Part shown: piece after piece, positions 44,128 through 58,110 of the stretch
Layout of the letters: each line of letters opens with the position of its first letter
Numbering within the stretch: position 1 is the first letter of the stretch
DNA from: the human T2T-CHM13v2.0 reference genome, Homo sapiens
Assembly (NCBI RefSeq): GCF_009914755.1
Contig: NC_060942.1
Strand: one strand, 5' to 3'
Length of the DNA: 64,000 nt
Program-made: the position numbers and the translations under genes
The notes under the pieces: model-generated
Databases searched by the model: none
Seen by the model: only the letters and a program-made list of their open reading frames with translations
Told to the model about the DNA's origin: nothing

Positions 44128-44752
44128 TTATGGACTACCTTACCTACTTATTTACCCATCATAACATCCCAGACTACATTGCTTCTTATCAAGAAACACA
44201 TTTCATGCAAAAGAAGTACATCGGTTAGCATATACTGATGCAATTTGCTGGCTTTACCATCAACTAGAAATAGTTGGACCAATATACAGCGGAATGCCCT
44301 TTTGAAAAGTCAGTTACAAAGCCAATTAGATGCTTTTCAATATATGATGCTTTTTTTCCAACAACCATTGTTATTGTACCAAAGCACAATGATAGAGAAA
44401 CATAAAGTGGAAATGTGATTTGCACCTTTCAGTATTACATATAATAAACCATTGATAAAATATGTTTTTCCTACTATTTTGACTTTAGGATCCTCTAGTT
44501 TAGAGATTTTTATACCCAAAAAGGAAGACTTCTATAAAAGAAAATATAATAACTTCTTTTAACTGGAAGTTTGGATTGCCACTTAGCTATGTGTGCCTTC
44601 AAACAGGGACAACTTTGTTTGTTAGGGTAATTAATCCTGACTATTACAGAGAAATTGATTTACTCGTGTTATCAAATCGATTTACTTGTGGTAAGAAAGA
44701 GTGTATACGAAACCCGTTAAATACTGTGAAGTTCCTTCTACTACTGTCACGT

Positions 44753-46325
44753 TGTTACGGGATCCTTGGGGTGTCGTTTCACCACCTGGAAACCTCTGTG
44801 GCCAGTGGTGCCTTTGCCTGATTTTTGCTCCGGCCCACTGCCCCCACTCAGCCTGGCAGGTTGTGCTCAGCTCATGCTACTGACCTGGATGCCATGCCTT
44901 CCAAGAGAGAGTGGAGTGGCAAGGGGTGTGCGAGCAAGCAAGCATGGGGTCCAGCCACCACACAGAGCCAGGCATGCTGGCTGTGGCAGAGTGGGCAGCT
45001 TCAGGTGCAGGCAGGGCTCTGGCTCCCTGTATGGCTGCAGCTGGACCAGATGTACAAGCAGCTTCCATGGCTGGCACCAGGGAATGCAGAATGAAGTAAT
45101 GCATGGAAGCTTGGAGATGCCAGGAACTGCAGAGCCCCAAAGAGGGTGTCACAGCCCTGGCTTGGGGAGCTCCTAGGCCTGGGATATCCAAAAGGCAGCA
45201 GCTCTTCTCTCCTTCTTTCTTCCCTTTTTCTTGTCGCTCACAACCTGGCAAGCAAGGAACATTTTTCAGCACTGTTTGTGTTACAGCTCTTTTAGTCCCA
45301 CCATTCAGTGGGTCTCAAGTTCTTATTCTGCCTTGAGGAAGAATGAGGTAGGCAGACAAGTGGAGAGTGAGTAAAGAAAAGAGGAGCTTTATTGAGTAAC
45401 AGAACAGCTCAGAGAAGACCCACAGTAGGGTAGCTACTCTACACAGTTGGGGTGTCCCTTTGAATGGTCAGCACTCAGCAGAGAGGAGACCCTGGGGTGG
45501 GTAGCTCCTCTCTGCAGCTGGTCATCCTGTTGAGTGTTCAGCTCTCAGCAGAGAGGAGACTCTGTGGTGGGTAGCTCCTCTCCACAATTGGTGAACCTGT
45601 TGTCTCCTCAAGTCTGGCTGAGTCCAGGGTTTTTACGGGCTTCAGAGGGGAGGGAATGCATGCTTATCAGTCCATTGGTGGCCATGGGTGGACCCGGTAA
45701 AAGCACCATAAGTTCCACTCGATTCCGTGGGGTTGGCAGCCCAGCCTCCAGGCCTCAGGCCTTTCCCAGCTTGAAGGTAGAGCTTCAATAGGGACCTGCC
45801 CCATTCTGCCCCAGAGCCTGTCTGCCTCCTGCTGTTCATAGTGCCTAGGCTGTTGCTGCCAAGGGAAACCTGCAGGCTAGATCTGAACTGCCCCCAGCCC
45901 TCCCTTGGCTTCCCTCCATGCTCGTTGGTGCCCAAAGTGTGGAGGGGGCAAAGGTAACATGAGGCTGTCATGTCAGCACTGCCCCAAGCATGCTCACACC
46001 CGTCCAGGTTGCAATAGCTCCTGGACTCAGCCTCAACTTTGCTCAGAGATCAGAGCAAGTGCTGAGAGCAGGGAGAGGCCAGGCAGTGGGAGCAGATACT
46101 TTTGAGCCTGTGTCGGCAGTGGGGGCCCTTTCTGAGCCTCTGAGAGTACAGAGATGCCTGGGTTCACACAGTGGCTGGGTGGCCACAGCTTCACCCAGAA
46201 GGGTGGGGCTCCTGCCTGCTCCAGGCGCCCACCGGCTCCTTGGAGCGAGCAGCCCTAGCCGTGCCTCCCCCACGGAAGCCGGCATCATGGTAACAACCAC
46301 TCCAGACAGGCTGCTTCTGCCATCA
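44753..46325 (-). mobile_element. MER52-family solo LTR (ERV1)
   Basis: Termini tgttacgggatcc...ctgccatca; 4-bp TSD acgt/atgt; GC-rich; AATAAA on minus ~45390; internal cagcagagaggagac..gggtagctcctctc repeats. Confidence 0.92.
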
Positions 46326-47038
46326 ATGTCTATTAGTAAATTTCAGTGGAGTAATATAGAAAACCATATATACACAGGGCCACATCTGAGTCTGACTATG
46401 ATGATGTAACTGTCTCTTCCAGCTCTGCTAGCATAATGTGTAAAAACAATTTATAAATGAATTGAATTTCTTCTTCTTCAATTTACTGGTCATGGGGAGC
46501 TCTCCATGAGGCCATGGGCATGAATTTAAAGAAAGTTGGCACCACAGCAACAAAATATCCTGGTTTTCTCGGGATTGTCTCATTTTATGTATACTATACG
46601 AGCATGATATTGATAGAACTCTCATACTCCAAAGTGTCTCAGGTTAAAAGAAAAGTATATGATGATTTTAACCAGATTAGAAAACCATTAGATATTTAGA
46701 TTATTTCGGATTTATGATTTATATGACCATTCCAGTAAAAGACTCCTGACAACCTAGAGTGGTGGTGAAGGGCAAAAGGAATTTCAAACAGGCACTAAAA
46801 AAATAAGTCAAATGTATCAACTCAGCTTTGTGTATAGCTGTAGAAATAAGAACTCTGGAACCTACCCATTTTTATTTTCTTGCTCTCTCTTACCTATCTG
46901 GATATATATCTCAAGATCTATATCTCCATTTATACCTACATAGAGAACACAAGAAATATATATATATATAGCCATCTAACCATATCTCTATATATAGATA
47001 GATAGTTTACATATTAACATATATAGATATTTCTATAT

Positions 47039-47200
47039 TGGTCATCCCTTCATGTCCTCAAGTCTGGCTGAGTCATCCGGGGTTTTTATAAGGCTTCAGA
47101 GGGGAGAAGTCGTGTGCTGATTGGTCCATGGGTGGCTCCCTATGAGGCTGCAGCTGTACCAGGCATACCACAAGCAGCCTCCATAGCTGGCACTGAGGAA
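47039..47200 (-). mobile_element. Rearranged two-piece MER52 fragment
   Basis: 47039-47136 matches ~45590-45682; 47133-47200 matches ~45020-45085. Confidence 0.85.
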
Positions 47201-47260
47201 GACAGATAGCCACTGATAAATAGGTTGATAGATCTAGGTAATATCTATTAATATAATACA

Positions 47261-47549
<289 letters not shown>

Positions 47550-47557
47550 TTATATAA

Positions 47558-47609
<52 letters not shown>

Positions 47610-47884
47610 TACATACATATTTCTATGTATGTGTGTATAATTTATTTTTTCTACTATTTTATAGGTCCTGGTGATTGTGATGATAAAGTAGACTTTATTG
47701 CATATAAGGATAGGCTTGAATTAGAAAAGGAATAACAGATACAGTTACTGATGGTAATTGGCCATTTCATTTATAATAGAAGGTAAGTGCATTTTAATTT
47801 TTTTGAGTGCGATTTGGAGTCTGCTAGGAAGCAGACTATCGCTGCTACTGTTCATGACTGGGAAATTAAGCATGGGAAGAAGTG

Positions 47885-48030
47885 TGGGGGAAATTCTTAA
47901 ATATGTAGGTCCCTTGAGTACACCCTTACATTGGATTCAGTAGGTTTAGTGGTAGGGTCCGAGATTTTTGTACTGTATATTTAACCATCACTGCAAGAAA
48001 CTGGGAAATAGGTGGTTTCCACTTCAGAAA
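47885..48030. mobile_element. MER5-like fragment
   Basis: gattcagtaggtttagtggtagggtccgagattt. Confidence 0.5.
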
Positions 48031-50562
48031 TTAAGGAAAACTATGCTGGAAGAATAAAATGAGGCTGGGCAAGATTGCAGACAAGTTTAGGATTGCTGAT
48101 TCAGGGGAAAGCCAAACTTGAAGAGGGATTTTAGGATTCTGCCAGGCTGTGCTGAGAGTATAAAAGAAACGTGTCTTGGTGTCTACTCACCACCTCTCTT
48201 TCCCTCGGTGGTGTCTGGCTCCCTGGGCTGACTGAGACATCATTTGCACAGAGCCTTTGATGACCCATCACAGAGGAGTGCTGGATGCTTGGGGCTAAAC
48301 AGATCTTAGACTATACATTTTATTCCCAGCCCAGGTTATCCTTTCTCTTTGATCTGTAGCGTGGCGGGCAGCCCCATCAAGATTTTAAATTTTTCCTACA
48401 AGGGTGGACCAAATCAAACCAGCTATGCTTCACCACCAGGGCTTTTGGTAATTCAAGTTTGGAGCATAATTGACCCTCCAGGAAATAACAGATACTTTTA
48501 ATTTGCTTTTTCTCTTCTCTGCTGCCTGCTGGAATAGAGACTGGTGAGAAAAAGATTCAGGAAACATAAGGGAAAAAAATGTAATCTCTATAAATGTGGA
48601 TGTGTGGAGCTGTCATTTTGACTCCTCAGCAACTTAACAAACATTTAAAGAGAGAATATTTATTCTCCTATTACAACCTCATGGCATGATTTTCCTTGTT
48701 GAAATGCATTGGGTCTGGGAAGGGAGGGACATGATGGAGAAGCTTCTGTTTGATTTGGATTGCTCTGGCTAATCCCATGAATGTCTTTGGACTTACGATT
48801 GCATCAGATGGTTCATGATTTTAACAAGGTGAGAGCTCATTATTCAGAACTGTGAGCACACTTTAAACAACAGGTAGTAAGTTCTTCATCCAGTGGGTAC
48901 TTAGCCTCCCTTAACCATATAACAATGTACTCAGTGAGGGGAAAAAGATAAACACTACTTTTGCTGTTAAGTTTTTCCTAATAAGGTAGAAAATGTAGAG
49001 AGTTATGGAGTCATAATGTCCCAGATTATCACAACGAGGAGAAATATTAGAGAACATTTGAGTTGACTTTCATTTTCACTGGTAGAAAATTGAGGCCTGA
49101 AGAAAAATGTGTAACTTGTTCCGGATAAAACATCTAGTTAGATTAAAATAGAAAGAGGAATAATATGATAACTACTGATAACCAATTTGGTATTTCAGTC
49201 CTTTTTATATTTCTTTCAGAAAGGGAGCATATGTTAGCTTAAGTAAGGATTCTGTGTCTTGATTAAAATAGTGATTGCATAGGAACTTGACTGGCATGGA
49301 AGCTGCTGGAAGATATCAGATATATACATATGAAAATAGGAACATATGATATTTTCTTCTCCAACAGTTACCCATAAACCATATAAACTTAACAGAACTT
49401 AATTAAAACAAAGAATATTATTATAAATGACATACATCTTTTTACCCATCTTTGGCACTGAGAGAGTCAACAAATAGAATATATACCTGCTAAAGTGAAG
49501 AAGTCCTCAATTCAACCAAAGTCTGTGAGAATACTCCCAGAAATTAAAAAATGTAAGAATGGGGTATTTTGTTTATAGAAATCTTTGAGAACCAAGCAGA
49601 TTTTTATTCTGATGACTCCCACCCCCACCACTCAAAATAAGGCCCAATGGAAAGTTTTTGAACAGGAATTAGTATGTTAAAGCAGTGTTTTTAGATAAGT
49701 GTGTGCAATTGCAAGGATATGTGTAGAGACTAGAATTAGGTTGTGGTAGGAAGGGCTCTCCCTCTATAAAACCACAGCATATGGTCGCCTGTAAAGGAAA
49801 CTAGGCTATTGGACAACTGCAAGCTGCAAAGTCGGGAGGCCAAGGGAATATTGCAGTGTATCAGCAACATGGAGCACAAACAGGTCCAAGGACATTCTTT
49901 CAGTGAATGAAGAACTCTATTCATTATTGAAATCTGGGAAAAGGATGAGCAATGGACTAAAGCCAGAAAGTAATCACACAGGGGCAGCCAGTCTATATCT
50001 TAACAACATAAGCACTGAATTAGCCTGAAGACAGAGAGTCAACACCCAATTACTAAGGGAAGTGCAAAGAGACGAGACATTGCAGTGCATTGAATTTAAA
50101 TGCCTAATAAATAGAGATGCCCTTGCTTTTTTTAAAGATGCAATTAAGGACCTTCAGTTCCAGTAACCACATGCTCTGGAATTAAAATGTTGGGGTTTTG
50201 TGTGTGCGTGTGTGTTTTGTTTAACAGATGGTAGATATTTCAGTATAAATTTCATTCTAGTACATTTTAAAAAGACATTCAGTTCACCATTCATTCTGTA
50301 GGCAAGCATTGAGCATATAATATGCTTCTATAAATTTAGTACTATGTATATTTGGGAGTCAGGGTGGGAATTAAAAATAATATCAAGAATGTCCCTAAAA
50401 ATCCAGAATTTATATTTTAATTGAGGTTGCAACTCATATTCATATTTTAAATAAATCAGAACTTAAATATTCAAATGAAGTTATCTTTCTAGCAGTTTCT
50501 TGGAAGGCCACCTGCCTTTTTCATTATTGAACCATTGTTGGAACACCTTTAATAATTGTCCT

Positions 50563-50850
50563 GGCTGGGTGCAGTGGCTCATGCCTGTAATCCCAGCACT
50601 TTGGGAGGCCGAGATGGGTGGATCACGAGATCAGGAGTTCGAGACCAGCCTGACCAACATGGTAAAACCCCATCTCTACTACAAATACAAAAATTAACTG
50701 GGCGTAGTGGCACAAACCTGTAATCCCAGCTACTCAGGAGGCTAAGACAGGAGAATCTCTTGAACCTGGGAGGCAGAGGTTGCAGTGAGCCAAGATTGTG
50801 CCACTCTGTCGCCTGGGTGACAGAGTGAGACTTAGTCAAAAAAAAAAAAA
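50563..50850 (+). mobile_element. AluSg
   Basis: gatcacgagatcaggagttcgag; TSD aattgtcct. Confidence 0.95.
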
Positions 50851-53511
50851 TTGTCCTAAGAGCCTGTGACACATAATTTTACTGACTAGCCTGAAGAAGC
50901 ATAAATCTTTGCTCTTTGATGGTGTATTTGACTTGTTTTTAGAATCAACTGAAAATCCCTTCAAAACAGGTATTTCAAATAAAGAGAGGGAGACTCCTGA
51001 GTAATCCCACTGTGGTTTGAAAAGAAAAAAGAAGGTGCTGACAGAAACCACTTTCCTTGTATGGAATATGTTCTGGCTCTGAAGGAAAATTCATTAAAAA
51101 ATGGGAACTGTGCTATCAAATGTCTGGGTGTTTCCAAATACTTAGCTGTTTGGCATTATATAGCTCCTTCATCTAATTGATTGGACAGTGAATGTTTCGC
51201 TTTACATATGCCTTTTTGCTGGCATGTAGACACTACCATTAGCTTTCTTATTATCACTTCTGCAATCTGACCCTGTAAATAAATACTCTCTTGTACAGTT
51301 CATTAATGGTTTATGTTTATTCAAGGATTACTTATCTTCTGCATCTTCCTACAATTTTATTAGATAAGTGTATCAGGTATGACTTGACCCACTCTCCAAG
51401 GGAGGTACAGCCAGGCCTTGATGGCAGTGAGGGCAGCAAAGTTGGTGCCTGGACTGTGTGTGAGGAAGCCTGCTCTCTGCTGATTTCAGTATGTTTCCCT
51501 TGGGCTGAATTTAAGGGAGGTTCATCTCCGAGTGTATTCTTTCCCACATTAGTGCTTCAAGCTTTGGTCTCCATCTGTTAAGGTTTCATTCCATTCTTTA
51601 TAAAAACTCATTTTTCCCTTTGTGTAAGAGAAAACTGGAAACAACATTTTCATCTATATCTCCTATAGGCAGATGAACAATTCGAATTTTTCTCTTGTAT
51701 CTTATTTGAATTTCTTATTTTTTTCCTGATATTGCCATGTAACTACAAAATAATGTTTTGTTTGACATAGGTGTCTTGTGAACTGACACTCAAATTTGTT
51801 ATTCTACTTGTAGAGATAATTCTTAGAGATTGGAAGACAAGAATAATTATGATTATGTACTGGAGTTGGTTCTATAGAGTACAATAATGCCATGTTCTTC
51901 TAAGGCACACACAGATTTTTACAGTGAAGTCATACAATAAACAGACTACATCATCAGCCTCCCAATCCAGTGAGAGACAGAAGTCAAGAGGATCCAAGTT
52001 ATTTGCTCTGAGGTCTCTTAGCAAACAACATGTATAAAAGGAAATATAAATTAAGAATCCGCCTGCCAGGCTGCATCGTCACCCTTTTTCTTTTCTTGTT
52101 TTTTCCCCTTCTAAGCATGAGTTCTTACTTTTATCATAGTTTTGTTATAGGCACAGTTTTAAAATTTAATTTTGCTAAGCCTGGTACATCCATCTAGTAA
52201 ATATTCAATTTAGCTGTCCAGGGTATTTTTAGATTACCGTTATAGTTTTCCTTTAATGTTTAATTCTTTTGCCTAAATTTGCACATAAACTTTCACAAAC
52301 GGGTATTCTGTACATCATCTAAGCTTTTTAAAATGCGGTGCTACAAAGCTTATTGAGAGAGTGAAGGGATTTATCCTAATCCAAGTCGCTAGTTGAATAT
52401 ACATGTAAATTTAATGCCAAAGTATCGAGAACTTTCCTCCTAGCTATCCACTGATAAAACGCAATGCTGACTACCTTCACTTAAAGTTACATCTCATATG
52501 ACCATAGGAAGTCCTCAATGACTTCATAGTACATCTGATGGATGGAGCATAAGAGTATAAAATCATTTCTTATAATAGCAAAACAGCTAAAAATTTATGA
52601 GCAGGGACTATAAGAAACTGTTCTCCTGACAAGCATACTACTTCTTTTATACAGAGGTAAAGCAACTTCTGCGATGTCACACAGTTGTTAGGTGGTGACT
52701 TAGTCCATCTTCCAGACAGACATTCTGAAATATCTCATGGCCCCACTCTTTAAAAAGTGAATGCTAGCAGTATATCTGCTCAGGTTGTTCATCTCTAATA
52801 ACTCCCAGGACATTTGTTTTAATTCATAGGTCTTTCTGGTACCAAAGAGTGTGGATCAGGCACAGAGAATTTAAATATAAGTTATGAATTGACTAATGTA
52901 ATGTCTTGATTATCCAATTTAGAAGCATTAATTAAGCACTTACTATGTTCCTGGCACATATAGGTGATTCTAGAAAGAAAAATAGGTTAAAAAAGTTATA
53001 AAATATGCATTATGGGCTACCACAAACCTCTAAAAAATGTCAGCAGAGGATAGTATTAACTCTGGACCAAGCAGCAGGGATGGAGTTGTATCATAGGAGG
53101 CTTTATGTCCCCATTCAGTGGCTGATTTCAGTTCCTGTAGCATGTTTCTCAAACGATTTCTACCCTCTCCAAGCTGGCAACGCAGTCTCTGCTCTTATCT
53201 TCTCCCTTTAATGCAAAGATCAAGGCCCCTCTCTAATGAGTCTGTTAGTGTTCTTTCTCTCTGGCAATCTCTATAACCTGTTGTCCTTCTTCTGTTTTAT
53301 TAAAAAAAAAAAAAGCCAAAAACAAAAACAAAAAACTCTCTTCTGCTAACCAAAGATAACTCTTCTGCTCTGTTCTGGATAGCAATATTTCCCATCTCCT
53401 CCAGGTCCTCCAGGATCTGGCCTGTTTATTCCCATTATCCAGACTAGAAAAGTGCCCAAGTGTCCTATATGCTTAAAACAAAAGATACAACACCACCAAT
53501 AAGTTACTTTT

Positions 53512-53900
53512 CCTTTCCCCTTCCTTCCTTCTTTCCTTCCTTTCTTCCTTCCTCCCTTCCTTCCTTCCTTTTCTTTCCTTCCTTTCTTCTTTTCTTTCCT
53601 TCCTTCCTTTTCTTTCCTTGCTTTCATTTATTTTTTAAGAGATTGGATCTTTCTCTCTTGCCCAGGCTGGAGTTCAGTGGTATGATCACAACTCTCCTAA
53701 GCCTCAAACACCTGGGATCAAGTGATCCTCTGGCTTCAGCCTCCCAAGTAGCTGGGATTGCAGGCACGCACCATCACACCTGGACAATTGTTTTGCTTTT
53801 GTTTTCTTGTAGAGTCAGGGGTCTTACTATGTTGCCCAGGCTAGTCTTGAGGTCCTGGCCTCAAGCAGTCCTTCCGTCTCTGCCTCCCAAAGCACTGAGC
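53512..53900 (-). mobile_element. 5'-truncated AluJ whose tail became a (TTCC)n/(TTTC)n microsatellite
   Basis: TSD taagttactttt at 53500-53511 and 53901-53912 encloses both the Alu and the pyrimidine tract. Confidence 0.93.
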
Positions 53901-54419
53901 TAAGTTACTTTTGCATATATGTTTTCTTTCTCCAATAAACATTTCCAAACTAGCCTGGACTATTTGCTGCCACTTTCCTGTCTTCCTGCACTTTCCTGAA
54001 CTTATAATTCTAATGAAACTACACTGACTTTCTCTACTCATCTGTTCAAATCCAATGTATTGCTCTCAGTCTCCACTCTGCTTTATATTTCACCAACATT
54101 TGACTTTGACTCAATTCTTTTCCTCTTTACATCTTTCTTATTCCTAAATTCCAAAAAATGTCTCTCAAGCTGCATTTTCCTAAATGCATTTCTAATATGT
54201 CCTTCAAACTCTTTAAATAGCCTTCTAAATATTATTTCTCTACACAAATCAAATATTGCCTCTGCTTTGAATGACCTTCCTCTTGTCTGTCTTCTGAAAT
54301 TTTATGCATCAACAATCATCTGAAGTGAGTATCACTCATTCCATAAACCTTTTGTTTTCTCTTAGCTAAAATGTAATGCTTTCCTCTTCTTTTGTAGCAC
54401 TTAGTAATATTTTTCACAT

Positions 54420-54701
54420 GGACTTTTGCTGCTATTTCTTGTTTATGAAATTTTTCAAAAGTAGAGAGAAAAAAATGGCATAATAGACACATGCTCCAAT
54501 ACATATTAACATTTGTTATGCTTGTTTTAGATATATATTTTTAGAAAAAAATTATATATGATAAAATCCTCCTGCTTTTCAAGGGAAAATTGCTGTGCTA
54601 AAATAATTTCACCTAGAAATAATATTCTATTCATTCTGCTTTTTATTTTGAATGCCTATATGTATGTGGGTATGTTTAGATATATATAAAATAAACATAG
54701 A

Positions 54702-54752
<51 letters not shown>

Positions 54753-55880
54753 TCTTAGAGTACATAAGATTGATTTCTGTGGGGTTTTTTTTTTTTCATA
54801 AAATTCTGCTTGCTGTACACAGTGCTTAGCACCTGGATTTTTCACTAAACATTATGTTAAGTAATGTATGTAGGTTGATAGGTTTATATGGTAGAGTAAG
54901 TCATTAATTTTAAACCTTCATATGAATTCAATCAAATCTTTCATGCTATCTCCTTAGACATTAGAATTATTTTAAATTTGTGTTTTGTTCTGTTTTGTTA
55001 CTACAAACATTGCTAGGATAAACATTTCGTGCATACGTGCAGACGTTTCTACACAGTTTATTTATGGTGGCCACAAAGTCTCTATATCCTAGTTAGTGAC
55101 CTCTGTGTTCTATTATTAGCACAAATGTATATTTTCAAACCGGATCTTGTAGACAACTCCTTGGGAGTCATTAACAGGGAGGGTACCTGATAGTTTTCTT
55201 CAGATCATTATTATAAGCAGGGATATCATGCATGGAGAATTTATAGCTGCTCTATAAGTGGAAGGGCATTGTTCCATTATTACTAAATATTGCCAAAGTG
55301 ATCTTCACATAGGTTGCTTCTATGTATATCCCAACAAGAAATACACGGAAGTTCTCATTACTCCAGATTCTTGACAAGAATTTATATTATCAGACTTTTA
55401 ATTCTTTTACCAAATGAACAATAATGATTATATATCTTGTTTTAATATTAATTGTGTTTACTAAAAGTATGGGTTATTATTTTCTTGTATAATTATTGAC
55501 AATAATATCTCTATCCTGAGAATTACCTATCCATAAGCTTTAGCTATTTAGATTGTGTTATGATTTACTATTAATTTTCAGAATTTCTGTGTAGAGTCTG
55601 TAGTAACACTTCCTCTTTCATATACATTGCAAATATGTACTTTCCATCTGTAGTATCCCTTGAAACAATTTTCATTTTAATACAGTCAAATATATCAAAA
55701 TATTTGTATATATGAATTAGGAACATGAATTCCTGTGTTCACATTTAAGCAGACATTATAAATGCAATCATTCTGAGGATATTTTCTGATATGATGTGAT
55801 CCTTTGTATTTTGTAATACTTTGAAGGTTACTTTCATAATTAGGTTTTTAATAACTCTAGATTATACTGTGTTAAGGTGT
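54420..55880 (-). mobile_element. Old L1ME/MC-like fragments
   Basis: ttactaaatattgccaaa...attatcagacttttaatt...tacattgcaaatatgtactttcc. Confidence 0.6.
54706..54749 (+). repeat. (TG)~22 microsatellite
   Basis: Read directly. Confidence 0.97.
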
Positions 55881-56155
55881 AAATGTATTAATTTGAATTA
55901 GATAAAGAATAGAAACAGAGGAGCAAATTTTACTTTAATATATATCTCTGTAAAGATTTTTCTTAAAATCTTGAGCATGTAATACTTTATCCTTTTAATA
56001 AAAATGAGAGTAAGATTCAAACATTTACTTCTGAAGTCATCAGTTTCAAACGTACTAACAGTGTGGATTCTTGCTGCCCTGAAGAGAAGGAAAAAAAACA
56101 CTTAAGTACCTTTCTTTTGTAACAGTTATATGACTGCTATAGAAAATTTAGGGTG

Positions 56156-56275
56156 GTCTATGGCCATACCACCCTGAACACACCTGATCTCATCTGATCT
56201 CAGAAGTTAAGTAGGGTTGAGCCTGGTTAGGACTTGAATGGGAGACTGCCTGAAAATATCAGGCACTGTAGGCTT
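56156..56275 (+). pseudogene. 5S rRNA retro-pseudogene (RNA5SP type)
   Basis: gtctatggccataccaccctgaac...gggagactgcctgaaaatatcaggcactgtaggctt is full-length 5S (~120 nt) with CpGs decayed; A-rich tail 56276-56293. Confidence 0.95.
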
Positions 56276-56472
56276 AAATAAACAACAAAAAAAGGATTTT
56301 TTTTGCAGAGAAAATTCCTATAATTTGATCATTAAAAAAATCACTGCAAGCCATTAAATAGTCTTTAAGTAGCACTGATGGTAATTGACATCAAATTATC
56401 TAAGTAATTTTGTATCCATTATTCTCTAAAATACAAAATTTTCTGAAATTCCTATGCATTTAATGTATGATG

Positions 56473-56655
56473 AGCCAGGTGTGGTGGTTTAAGGCTCTAA
56501 TCCCAGCTACTCAGGAGGTTGAAACAGGAGGATTGTTTGAACCTAGGAGTTCGAGCCTGCACTGAGCAATGATCAAGTTGCTGCATTCCAGCCTGGGTGA
56601 CATAGTGAAACTCCACTTTTAATTAACAAAAAATGTAAAAATTAAAATGAAAATA
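56473..56655 (+). mobile_element. FRAM/FAM Alu monomer
   Basis: Single right-arm-like monomer with ggagttcgagcctgcactgagc; A-rich tail; degenerate TSD atgtatgatga/atatgtgataa. Confidence 0.85.
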
Positions 56656-57399
56656 AATATGTGATAAATGTGAATGTAGTGTGGAGGATAGGTCTAGGTC
56701 AGCTCTGTTCTACGTCACAGATTTTTGTACATCTGCCTTCGCCATTACATTTAATGTCCTGGAAAACAGACACATAGTTTGAATATCTTTGGAAGAGCTA
56801 CAACTTTGAATGGAGTTGCCATACAAAATAGGTACTCAGTAGTTGTTTAGTTAATTTGAACTGAAATCCTGTGTGCTTATAAAAGTCAGGACTTAAAAAA
56901 ACTGGGGCAGTTAATGAACAGCCTTGGGCTAAGAATGAGAAGATTCAACCCTATACATATTATAAGATATAATGACTTTGTATCATTTTATACATTCCTC
57001 TTTGCTGATGTTCTTAGAATCTAAATGTTCCTTGCCTCGTGAACTCCCCACAATCTGACTAGTTTTTACGTTTCTGGGATTTAGATTACCTACTTTGAAT
57101 CAAAAACAACACCTACTGCCCCTAAGTTTTTGGAACTATAGAATCCCACATATGAATGCTTGCTTGTTTCTACCATTATTATTTTCTATTTCTGAAATGA
57201 ACCTACTATACAGTAGTTCCCAATTCAATTCCAGTATTCCCAAAGTCTCTCACCTCCCTGGTTAGTCTTGTCAGACATACCTTCACCAATTGCCACACAT
57301 TGCAATGTGAAAAAAAGACAAGCCCATATAATTTATAAGGATGGTAGAGTCTTTCCACAATTAACAATCAGAAAGAAAAAAAAATAAAATGCCAAGGAG

Positions 57400-57530
57400 A
57401 AAGAGCACCTCTTTGTCATGTTTATTAAGTAAGTTATATATCTTCTCAGGGCCTCATTTTATTTATTTGCAAAATGAGAGGATTGGACTACTCAGTCTTT
57501 AAGACCATTTCTAGAAGTAATGTTCTATTA
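57400..57530 (+). mobile_element. MIR
   Basis: aagttatatcttctcagggcctcatttt...tttgcaaaatgagaggattggacta. Confidence 0.7.
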
Positions 57531-57768
57531 CAGCTACTCACTTTAAAGATTACCCTGATAATTTTCCATGTCCTATATGTTTACATTACATTTATATTGA
57601 CCTTTTCCTCAAAATGGTGTCTATTTCTCAATCTGTTCCCATTGTAATTTGCTCATATGGTATGCTATTTCTAACTAATTTATTGGAAATGTTATTTATA
57701 GAAGGTCAGATAGGTTTCTTGCTTTTAAAGGTCATGTCCTCATGCAGAATGCCCTCATTTCAGAAATA

Positions 57769-58110
57769 CAGGCATTATCTTGTTTTATTGCACTTTGCAG
57801 CCAGTGCAATTTTTTTACAAATTGAAGGTTTGTGGCAACCCTGCATCAAGCAAATCTATCGGTGCCATTTTTTCCGACAGCATGTGCTCACTTTATGTCT
57901 CTGTGTCAGCATATTTTAGCAATAAAATATTTTAATTGTTACGTATATTTTTAGACATAATGTTATTTCACACTCAATAGACTACAGTATAGTATAAACA
58001 TCACTTTTATATGCACAGGGAAACAAAAAATTTGTGACTTTCTTTATTGCAATATTCACTTTATTACAGTGGTTTGGAGTCAAATCTGCAATATCTTTAA
58101 ATTATGCCTG
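57769..58110. mobile_element. Internally deleted Tigger1 (TcMar)
   Basis: TA|caggcat...atgcctg|TA termini; ttacaaattgaaggtttgtggcaaccctgc. Confidence 0.9.

Noticed and set aside
44700-46410. Cluster of overlapping 60-139 aa ORFs
   Set aside because: All lie in the GC-rich MER52 LTR, where stop codons are rare; no recognisable protein
56156-56275. Functional 5S rRNA gene
   Set aside because: Solitary, A-tailed, many substitutions, no T-run terminator directly after
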